Assembly (NCBI RefSeq): GCF_002422095.1
Contig: NZ_DITB01000038.1
Span: 877 to 64,876 of the forward strand
Source of the DNA: Flavobacterium sp. UBA6195
Lineage (GTDB): Bacteria; Bacteroidota; Bacteroidia; Flavobacteriales; Flavobacteriaceae
Direction: 5' to 3'
DNA: 64,000 nt
In this document: one piece after another, positions 20,422 through 27,805 of the stretch
How the letters are laid out: each line of letters opens with the position of its first letter
Position numbering within the stretch: position 1 is the first letter of the stretch
Position numbers and translations under genes: made by a program
Notes under the pieces: model-generated
What the model was told of the DNA's origin: nothing
What the model saw: the letters and a program-made list of their open reading frames with translations, nothing else
The model's database searches: none

Positions 20422-22051
20422 TTTTATTTAAAATTTCAATTATTAATTCAACATCAACATATTCTTTAATGCAATCCCATATTATTTCTGAACTTTCAAT
20501 TTTTTCAGCATATTTTTGTATTAAATTAATATTCCATTTTAAACCTCCGTTATAGCTTAGATTTCTCCAATTCCAATTTTCTCTATATTTTTCTATAAAT
20601 TCTATTGACCATGTTAGATTTTCATTTTGGCTTAGATAATTCCATTTCCATCGTTCTATGTTTTTTTCAAAAAAATCTTCTGACCATGGTAAATTTTTAT
20701 TACGACTTAAATTGTTCCAATTCCATTTTTCAATATGTTCTTCAAAAAAATCTTCTGACCATGGTAAATTTTCATTCATACTCAGCATGTTCCAATTCCA
20801 TTTTTCAATATATTTTTTAAAAAAATCTAAAGACCAAGGTAAACTTTCATTAGAACTTAAATTGTACCAATCCCATTTATCAATATATTTATCAATAAAT
20901 TCTTCAGACCAAGGTAAACTTTTATTTGAGCTTAAATTACTCCAAAAGGTAACATTTTTAACACTTGATCTATATGGAATATTTATATCACTTATTTCTT
21001 TTACATCAATAAACCTTCGATTCAATTTTAACGCTTCTTCATTAGTTGCTATTCTGTAATTAGAATATCTACCAAGTTTTTGATTTTTGTAAATATCTTC
21101 TTCTTGACCTTTGTAAAATGGTTTTAAGCTGTATTGTTCTATGGGTTGCAATAATCCTTTATTTAAATCGTCAATATTCTCTTGGATAACTTCATTTAGA
21201 AAAACTTCGCTATCTGTTGTTCGTAGCCATATTAAAGGATTAAAAAGCTTGCCATTTTTGTTTACCACACATTCAATGGCACCCAAATACCAAATTCGAT
21301 TATGTTTTTCGGAATAATAAGTCCAAACATTTTGACCATCTTTTTCAAATCTTCTAGCTTTTGTGTTGCACCATTTATCAAAGTGTTCTTCAAAAAAATC
21401 TTCAGACCAAGGTAAACTTTCATTCCCACTAAGATATTGAAAATCTAATTTATCAATATATTTTTCAAAAAAATCAATAGACCATGGGAGGTTTTCTTTT
21501 TCACTAAGTATTTTCCAATCCCATTGATATGTAAATTTTTCAATCAAATTAATAGACCATGGTAAACTTTCATTCCTACTTAATTCTCCCCAATCCCATT
21601 TGGCCTTATAATTTTCTATTAATTCAATAGACCAAGGTAAGCTTTTGTTTTTACTTAACTCTTTCCAATCCCATTTAATAAATGAAAAATCAAATAAATA
21701 GTAAACTTCTTTTTGTGTAACTAAACCAAATAAATAATCATATGGATTTATTTCATCCCAATTTAAATCTTTTTCAAAAGGGTTCTCATTACCCAGATCC
21801 CATTCTAAATTTTCATTTGCACTTAATAATTGCCAATTTAAATTTTCTTTAAATTCTAATAAAGTATTGAGATCTAAAGGATAATAGTTTGAAATTAAAT
21901 CAATAAAAAGTTTTGGGTTTTTCCTAAAGATTTCCAAAACCATTTGCTTATTGTTTTCTGCAACTAGTTTGTTGGTAATTGCAATGCTAATGGTTGCTTT
22001 TTCAACTAAACTATTTTTTGTAATGGGTATGAGTTTATTATTATCTTCCAT
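20414..22051 (-). CDS. Tryptophan-rich 25-aa repeat protein with central inserted domain
   Basis: Ten units of consensus W(D/N)WxxLSxNxxLPWSxxFxEKYxxK (aa 127-226 and 368-517) flanking a non-repeat segment. Confidence 0.8.
   Translation of the reverse strand: MEDNNKLIPITKNSLVEKATISIAITNKLVAENNKQMVLEIFRKNPKLFIDLISNYYPLDLNTLLEFKENLNWQLLSANENLEWDLGNENPFEKDLNWDEINPYDYLFGLVTQKEVYYLFDFSFIKWDWKELSKNKSLPWSIELIENYKAKWDWGELSRNESLPWSINLIEKFTYQWDWKILSEKENLPWSIDFFEKYIDKLDFQYLSGNESLPWSEDFFEEHFDKWCNTKARRFEKDGQNVWTYYSEKHNRIWYLGAIECVVNKNGKLFNPLIWLRTTDSEVFLNEVIQENIDDLNKGLLQPIEQYSLKPFYKGQEEDIYKNQKLGRYSNYRIATNEEALKLNRRFIDVKEISDINIPYRSSVKNVTFWSNLSSNKSLPWSEEFIDKYIDKWDWYNLSSNESLPWSLDFFKKYIEKWNWNMLSMNENLPWSEDFFEEHIEKWNWNNLSRNKNLPWSEDFFEKNIERWKWNYLSQNENLTWSIEFIEKYRENWNWRNLSYNGGLKWNINLIQKYAEKIESSEIIWDCIKEYVDVELIIEILNKNE
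20501..21673 (-). repeat. 75-bp coding tandem repeats in two blocks (20501-20950 and 21374-21673)
   Basis: Recurrent GACCA(A/T)GGTAAA(C/T)TTT at 75-bp spacing on the plus strand. Confidence 0.85.
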
Positions 22052-22054
22052 AGT

Positions 22055-23416
22055 TTAGTTATTTAATTCAATTTTTAGGTTTTGTAATTCTTTTTCTAGC
22101 TGGGTTTTGGTTTCAGAAAAATAGGTGTCCCAGTTAGCAATGTTGTTAATCGTTGCGTATATATCGCTTTCTTTTAGAATAATGATTTCATTTTCAATAT
22201 TTTTTAATTTCTGTTTTAATTTGGTTAAAGTAATTTTTAAATTTTCTTTTTCAGAAATTGAATCAGATTGTGAAACGAATTTTTTTCCGTTTTCTAAATC
22301 ATATAACAATTGATTTACTTTTTCGATGTCGTGTTCATCGTATGCTTTTTTAAGTTCAATAAAGATTTGCTCAGCTTCGGCTTTTTGTTCTTCGCTTACT
22401 TTGTCGGGATGACATAGTGTAGTAGCTTTTCTAAAGTTTTTCTTTAGTTCTTTCTTTTCTTCATTGTTGAGATCAAATCGTTTTTTCTCTTTTTCAGTGT
22501 CATATTGTTTGCTGTAGTTGTTAAAATCATCTTCAGCTTCGGCTTCTTTTTTATGGTTTTTGTATTTGATTTTTCTAAGTCGTAAAACTTCTAAAATGAC
22601 TTCGCCTAATTCTATGGTATGAAGGTATTGAAAATCTTTAAGAATATTCTCAATTTCAATTTTTTCATTGTCAAAAGCGTTAATTTGATTTTCTAACAGT
22701 TTGATTTCTAATTTTAAACTAGCAACTTCAGGATCGTTCCAAATTGTAATTTGTTGATAATTGTTAATGAAATTTTGAATGATAGAAATAGCATCTGAAA
22801 AAGCATGTTGATTCAAATATTGAATCAGCAAATTGATATCTTCATTGAATTCAAATGGTTTTAATTTTTTAGTTGTTTCATTAATTTCTTCAATATCTTC
22901 AAGAATGATTAGGTTTTTAATAATTTCTAAACGTTTGATGATTTTATCCAAAGGAAAAAAATCTTCGCTTTTGTTCTCATTTGGATAATACTTTTTAACT
23001 ATTTGATTAAATTCTGAAACAAATTGGTTGGCAAGAGAAGTGTTGTTTGAGTTGATAACAATATTTTCAAAATTGCTTTCAGCCTTGTAACTCCAATTGT
23101 AGGAACCTGTAATTACTGTGTTAAAATCAATGACACAAAATTTATTATGCATTAATTCGGTGTCGCCGTTTCCTATTTTATAAACTTTACATTTATTTTT
23201 TTTAAGCAATTCAAAATTAATTTTAGAACTGTTGTTTATTTCATCATTAGAAATTATGAGCTGAATTTTACAGTTTTTATTAGCTTTTTCAAATAATTTA
23301 TCGAAAATATTTTTGTTAGTAAACCAAGCGACTGCAATGTAGATTGAATGATTGGCATTTTCAATTTCTTCAATTATACGATTGGCAATATTTTCAAAAA
23401 CAGCTTCTGTTTGCAT
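22055..23416 (-). CDS. PLD-superfamily (HKD) nuclease-like domain fused to coiled coil and J-domain
   Basis: IAVAWFTN; H90-x-K92-x4-D97 followed by ITGSYNWS; FRKATTLCHPDK (HPD at aa 336-338); C-terminal coiled coil. Confidence 0.85.
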   Translation of the reverse strand: MQTEAVFENIANRIIEEIENANHSIYIAVAWFTNKNIFDKLFEKANKNCKIQLIISNDEINNSSKINFELLKKNKCKVYKIGNGDTELMHNKFCVIDFNTVITGSYNWSYKAESNFENIVINSNNTSLANQFVSEFNQIVKKYYPNENKSEDFFPLDKIIKRLEIIKNLIILEDIEEINETTKKLKPFEFNEDINLLIQYLNQHAFSDAISIIQNFINNYQQITIWNDPEVASLKLEIKLLENQINAFDNEKIEIENILKDFQYLHTIELGEVILEVLRLRKIKYKNHKKEAEAEDDFNNYSKQYDTEKEKKRFDLNNEEKKELKKNFRKATTLCHPDKVSEEQKAEAEQIFIELKKAYDEHDIEKVNQLLYDLENGKKFVSQSDSISEKENLKITLTKLKQKLKNIENEIIILKESDIYATINNIANWDTYFSETKTQLEKELQNLKIELNN

Positions 23417-23432
23417 TTTATATAGATTTCCT

Positions 23433-23440
23433 CAAAAATA
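23433..23440 (-). promoter_or_regulatory. -7 promoter element of the PLD-J operon
   Basis: TATTTTTG on the minus strand, 16 bp upstream of the ATG at 23416. Confidence 0.5.
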
Positions 23441-23441
23441 A

Positions 23442-23480
23442 CAAAAAAAGGATTACCAATATTTTATCGATAATCCTTTG
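23442..23480 (-). terminator. Intrinsic terminator after dcp
   Basis: Minus strand AAAGGATTATCGATA-AAA-TATTGGTAATCCTTTTTTT. The mismatches become G-U pairs only on the minus strand. Confidence 0.75.
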
Positions 23481-23504
23481 GGTTCATTTTATTAACAATT
23501 TTTC

Positions 23505-23537
23505 AACTCCGACAGAGTTGCAAACTCTGTCGGAGTT
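23505..23537. repeat. Perfect 15-bp palindrome (REP-like)
   Basis: AACTCCGACAGAGTT-GCA-AACTCTGTCGGAGTT, 6 bp beyond the dcp stop codon. Confidence 0.85.
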
Positions 23538-23543
23538 AACAAT

Positions 23544-25568
23544 CTACAAAAGCCCCGCCCTCTTCAACAACGCCTCCACTTTTGGTTCCTGACCTCTGAA
23601 TTTTTTATACAATTCCATTGGTAACTCGGTACCACCTTTAGCAAGTACGTTGTCTTTGAATTTGGTTGCAACTTCTGTATTGAAAATCCCTTTTTCTTGG
23701 AAATAGGCAAACGCATCGGCATCTAAAACTTCCGCCCATTTGTAACTGTAATATCCCGAAGAATAACCGCCTTGGAAAATATGTGAAAAAGAAGTACTCA
23801 TGCAATTTTCTTCCACATCTGGATATAACGATGCGATTTCCATAGCTTGTTTTTCAAAGGCTTTCACATCGTCAATAGTTTGCGATTTTCCATGATACGC
23901 CATGTCTAAAATTCCGAAACTTAATTGACGTAATGTTGCCATTCCTTCTAAGAAACTCGCGCTTTCTTTGATTTTTTCTACATATTTTTGCGGAATAATT
24001 TCGCCCGTTTCGTAATGTTTGGCAAATAAAGCCAATGCTTCTGGTTCGTAACACCAGTTTTCCATCACTTGACTCGGTAATTCCACAAAATCCCAATACA
24101 CCGAAGTTCCTGATAAACTTGGATACGTTGTATTGGCTAACATTCCGTGCAATGCGTGTCCAAATTCGTGAAACAATGTTGTTACTTCGTTAAAAGTCAA
24201 TAATGATGGTTTTGTTTCAGTTGGTGGCGTGAAATTACAAACAATAGAAACATGTGGTCGTTCGTTGATTCCTTCCTTTATATATTGTGGTTTGTAGGAT
24301 GTCATCCAAGCGCCATTTCGTTTTCCTTTTCTTGGGAAGAAATCCGAATAGAAAACAGCTACTAATTGTCCTTCAAAATCTAATACTTCAAAAGTTTGCA
24401 CATCTTCGTGATATTTGTCAATATCAAAAACTTCTTTGAAGGTGATTCCGAATAACTTTTCCGCAATCGTGAAAGCGCCGTTCAATACATTTTCTAGTTT
24501 GAAATACGGTTTCAATAACTCATCATCTAAACTGAATAATTTTTGTTTAAATTTTTCCGAATAATAAGCGCCGTCCCATTTTTCTAATTGGTCAATTTCG
24601 TCTAATGCTGCCGCGAAAGCTGTTAATTCAGCAAACTCTTTTTGAGCCGCTGGTTTTGCTTTTTCTAATAAATCATTTAAAAACGATTGTACTTTTTCTG
24701 GATTTTGAGCCATTCGTTCTTCTAAAACAAAATGCGAATGTGATTCATAACCCAATAAATTAGCACGCTTGTGACGCAATTCCACAATACGTTTTACATT
24801 TTCTTGGTTATCGAATTCGTTATTCTGAAATGCTTTTTTTCCAGCTGCGATGGTAATTTCTTTTCGTAATTCACGATTCTCGACATAAGTTACAAAAGGC
24901 AAATAACTTGGAAAATCCAAAGTAAAAACCCAACCTTCTAAGTTTTTCGATTTTGCCAAACTAGCCGCCATTTCTTTAGCGCCATCAGGCAAACCTTTTA
25001 AATCGGCTTCGTTAGTAATATGCAATTGATAGTTATTGGTTTCAGCCAAAACATTTTCGCCGAAAGTCAGTTTTAGTTTGGCTAATTCCGTATCGATTTC
25101 GCGTAGTTTTAATTTGTCTTCTTCATTTAGTAAAGCACCATTTCTAGAAAAACCTTTGAATTTTTTATCTAATAAAGTCGCTTGTTCGGTAGTTAATGTT
25201 AAAGTATCTTTTTGATCATAAACGGCTTTAACTCTTTTGAATAAGTCTTCGTTCAAAGCAATATCGTTACTAAAAGCGGTAAGCAAAGGAGAAACTTCTT
25301 GTGCGATTTTTTGCATTTCGTCGCAAGTTTCAGCCGAATTCAAATTGAAGAAAATATTTGATAAACGATCTAATTGCTCTCCAGAATAATCCAAAGCTTC
25401 AATTGTATTCGAAAAAGTTGGTGTCTCAGTATTATTTACTATGCTATCGATTTCTTTTTTTGCAACTTCAATTGTTTTTTCAAAAGCTTCCTTATATTCT
25501 GAAAGATTTATCTTACTAAATGGAGCCGTATTGTGTTTTGTTGTAAATTTTTTTAAAAAAAGTGTCAT
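23544..25568 (-). CDS. dcp: M3-family metallopeptidase (peptidyl-dipeptidase Dcp / oligopeptidase A)
   Basis: TLFHEFGHALH, WDFVELPSQ, HIFQGGYSSGYYSYKWAE. Confidence 0.9.
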   Translation of the reverse strand: MTLFLKKFTTKHNTAPFSKINLSEYKEAFEKTIEVAKKEIDSIVNNTETPTFSNTIEALDYSGEQLDRLSNIFFNLNSAETCDEMQKIAQEVSPLLTAFSNDIALNEDLFKRVKAVYDQKDTLTLTTEQATLLDKKFKGFSRNGALLNEEDKLKLREIDTELAKLKLTFGENVLAETNNYQLHITNEADLKGLPDGAKEMAASLAKSKNLEGWVFTLDFPSYLPFVTYVENRELRKEITIAAGKKAFQNNEFDNQENVKRIVELRHKRANLLGYESHSHFVLEERMAQNPEKVQSFLNDLLEKAKPAAQKEFAELTAFAAALDEIDQLEKWDGAYYSEKFKQKLFSLDDELLKPYFKLENVLNGAFTIAEKLFGITFKEVFDIDKYHEDVQTFEVLDFEGQLVAVFYSDFFPRKGKRNGAWMTSYKPQYIKEGINERPHVSIVCNFTPPTETKPSLLTFNEVTTLFHEFGHALHGMLANTTYPSLSGTSVYWDFVELPSQVMENWCYEPEALALFAKHYETGEIIPQKYVEKIKESASFLEGMATLRQLSFGILDMAYHGKSQTIDDVKAFEKQAMEIASLYPDVEENCMSTSFSHIFQGGYSSGYYSYKWAEVLDADAFAYFQEKGIFNTEVATKFKDNVLAKGGTELPMELYKKFRGQEPKVEALLKRAGLL

Positions 25569-25691
25569 AAAAATTTGTTTTTACCGATAAAGTGTATAAT
25601 TTTGTCGATGAAATGATGTTGCAACATCCTTTTTTGTCCCAAACAGAGAGAGAGTAGAATTTTTTTATAGTTGTCACTTAATTGTGAGTAG

Positions 25692-25722
25692 AAATCCCGA
25701 ATTAGCAATAACTCGGGATTTT
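25692..25722. terminator. Terminator hairpin downstream of purE (possibly bidirectional)
   Basis: AAATCCCGA-ATTA-GCAA-TAAC-TCGGGATTT. Confidence 0.7.
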
Positions 25723-25728
25723 CTATTT

Positions 25729-26208
25729 TTATTTTAATCCTTCTGAAGCTTTTAATACCGCTTGTTTCAAACCTTCTTTGTAGGCGATAATTTTATCTAA
25801 AACACATTTATCAGAGCTTCCGATAATTTGTGCTGCTAAGATTCCAGCATTTTTAGCGCCGTTTAATGCTACAGTTGCTACAGGAACTCCTCCTGGCATT
25901 TGCAAAATCGATAAAACCGAATCCCATCCATCAATAGAATTGCTCGATTTTACAGGAACTCCAATTACAGGAAGTGGCGACATAGAAGCAACCATTCCTG
26001 GTAAATGAGCCGCACCACCAGCGCCAGCAATAATTACTGAAATACCTCTTTCGTGCGCATTTTTACTGAAATCAAATAATTTTTCAGGAGTTCTGTGTGC
26101 CGAAACAATATCTACTTCGGTTTCAATATCAAATCCTTTTAATATGTCTATGGCTTCTTGCATTACTGGCATATCCGAAATGCTTCCCATTATTATGGCT
26201 ACTTTCAT
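25729..26208 (-). CDS. purE: N5-carboxyaminoimidazole ribonucleotide mutase
   Basis: IIMGSISD, SAHRTP, AGAGGAAHLPG, QMPGGVPVATV. Start at MKVAII; the upstream TTG lies inside a repeat. Confidence 0.95.
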   Translation of the reverse strand: MKVAIIMGSISDMPVMQEAIDILKGFDIETEVDIVSAHRTPEKLFDFSKNAHERGISVIIAGAGGAAHLPGMVASMSPLPVIGVPVKSSNSIDGWDSVLSILQMPGGVPVATVALNGAKNAGILAAQIIGSSDKCVLDKIIAYKEGLKQAVLKASEGLK

Positions 26209-26211
26209 AAT

Positions 26212-26586
26212 TAGCCCCCTAACCCCCAAAGGGGGAATTCCTACTAGGGGTGAGTAGGGTTTATTTTTTTGTTAGTTTTATTCTTAAAATTAAAATTGTT
26301 AAAAAACAAATTATATAATTTAAAATGAAATTTTTAAAATTTGAACCGTGTAATAAATCAATCCCATTACAATTGTCACTGACTGCTAGTTGATTATAAT
26401 AATTTAGTGGAAATCCAATTTTTAAATTAGGAGAAGTTCTATTTATAGTATTAAAAACCAAAGAAAACAGAAAAGATATAAACGACAAAATACAAAACAA
26501 AATTGTCGAATAAAAAATAATATGTAAAATCTTTTTTGTCATTTTCAATTCGGTTTTAAATTCCCCCTTTTGGGGTTAGGGGGCTA
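26212..26586. mobile_element. Non-autonomous cassette: 28-bp inverted repeats enclosing one small ORF
   Basis: TAGCCCCCTAACCCCCAAAGGGGGAATT (26212-26239) and its reverse complement with one mismatch (26559-26586). Confidence 0.65.
26261..26548 (-). CDS. Small 2-TM hypothetical protein
   Basis: Two hydrophobic helices around a loop containing IGFPLNYYNQ; very AT-rich; start may be 26542. Confidence 0.65.
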   Translation of the reverse strand: MKMTKKILHIIFYSTILFCILSFISFLFSLVFNTINRTSPNLKIGFPLNYYNQLAVSDNCNGIDLLHGSNFKNFILNYIICFLTILILRIKLTKK

Positions 26587-27734
26587 CTAATAACTCTAAT
26601 ACTATTCTTCACTTCCTCAGCAATTCTTCTCGCTTCCGTCATATTTTCATTTACAATGGTAACGTGTCCCATTTTTCGGAAAGGGCGTGTTTCTCTTTTT
26701 CCGTAAATATGAGGCGTTACGCCGTCAATTGCCATGATTTTCTCTATGTTTTCGTAAACTACTTGTCCAGAATAACCTTCTTCACCTACTAAATTTACCA
26801 TAATTCCGGCAACTTTGCTATCGGTGTTTCCTAAAGGTAAGTTTAAAATCGCACGCAAATGGTTTTCAAATTGCGAAGTATAACTCGCTTCAATCGAATA
26901 ATGTCCCGAATTATGTGGACGAGGAGCGACTTCGTTTACCAAAATTTCATCGTCTGATGTTTGAAACATTTCAACAGCTAATAATCCAACGTGATTGAAA
27001 GCTTCCGAAACTTTTAAAGTAACTTCGGTAGCTTTTTGAGCCACTTTTTCATCAATTCGAGCCGGACAAATTACATATTCTACTTGATTGGCTTCAGGAT
27101 GAAATTCCATTTCTACCACGGGATAGGTTTTTACTTCTCCAGAAACAGAACGAGCCACAATTACAGCTAATTCATTTTTGAACGGAACCATTTCTTCAGC
27201 AATACATTCTACATCAGGTAATTTTACCAAGTCTAATGCTGAGCGACAAATTTTAACGCCATTTCCATCATAACCAAATTGCGCACATTTCCATACGAAT
27301 GGAAATTCTAATTCGTCTTTTGCTAGAGCATTTCTCAAATCGTTTAAGTCAACAAATCGTTGGTGTGGCGAAGTGGGAATATCGTTTGAAACGTAATAAT
27401 CTTTTTGTTTTCCTTTGTTTTGAATCAAACGTAAGGTTTTTGGCGAAGGATAAATTGGTAATCCTTCTGCTTCCAATTTATCTAAAGCGTCTAAGTTTAC
27501 ATTTTCAATTTCGATAGTTAACAAATCGACCATTTTACCAAATTGGTAAACGGTGTCAAAATCCATTAAACTGCCTTTGTAAAATCCGTTGCAACTGTAT
27601 CGTGCGGGAGCTTCTTCGCTTGGTTCTAAAACTAAAGTTTGAATATCGAATTTTCGAGTTTCAGTCAAAAGCATTTTTCCTAATTGACCACCTCCTAAAA
27701 TTCCTAATTTAAAATCAGAAGAAAAATAATTCAT
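26556..27734 (-). CDS. purK: N5-carboxyaminoimidazole ribonucleotide synthase
   Basis: GILGGGQLGKM, GYDGNG, NEVAPRPHNSGH, RKMGH; start at MNYFSS. Confidence 0.95.
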   Translation of the reverse strand: MNYFSSDFKLGILGGGQLGKMLLTETRKFDIQTLVLEPSEEAPARYSCNGFYKGSLMDFDTVYQFGKMVDLLTIEIENVNLDALDKLEAEGLPIYPSPKTLRLIQNKGKQKDYYVSNDIPTSPHQRFVDLNDLRNALAKDELEFPFVWKCAQFGYDGNGVKICRSALDLVKLPDVECIAEEMVPFKNELAVIVARSVSGEVKTYPVVEMEFHPEANQVEYVICPARIDEKVAQKATEVTLKVSEAFNHVGLLAVEMFQTSDDEILVNEVAPRPHNSGHYSIEASYTSQFENHLRAILNLPLGNTDSKVAGIMVNLVGEEGYSGQVVYENIEKIMAIDGVTPHIYGKRETRPFRKMGHVTIVNENMTEARRIAEEVKNSIRVISSPLTPKGGI

Positions 27735-27755
27735 CGTGTGTTGTTGTTTGTGTCG

Positions 27756-27763
27756 CAAAGATA
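27756..27763 (-). promoter_or_regulatory. -7 promoter element for purK
   Basis: TATCTTTG on the minus strand about 21 bp upstream of the ATG. Confidence 0.55.
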
Positions 27764-27769
27764 AGAGTA

Positions 27770-27800
27770 AGAATTTAGAATTCAGAATTTAGAATTCAGA
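27770..27800. repeat. Heptamer tandem repeat
   Basis: AGAATTT-AGAATTC-AGAATTT-AGAATTC-AGA. Confidence 0.75.
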
Positions 27801-27805
27801 AAATA

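Noticed and set aside
20945-21370. Intein in the Trp-repeat protein (the insert begins with Cys)
   Set aside because: The insert ends ...SSVKNVTF, lacking the terminal His-Asn followed by Cys/Ser/Thr, and no TxxH block is visible.
20501-21673. CRISPR array or DGR template suggested by the 75-bp periodicity
   Set aside because: The repeats are in-frame, degenerate at synonymous sites and have no unique spacers. There is no cas gene or reverse transcriptase in the window.
19091-23416. Prophage or integrative element
   Set aside because: No integrase, transposase, phage structural gene, tRNA target or flanking direct repeat was found.
26209-26229. N-terminal extension of PurE (MGVRGLI) in the ORF track
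   Set aside because: It derives from a TTG inside the inverted repeat; family homology starts at MKVAII. Similar over-extended starts were trimmed for cdd, mlaF, the GT2 gene and purK.
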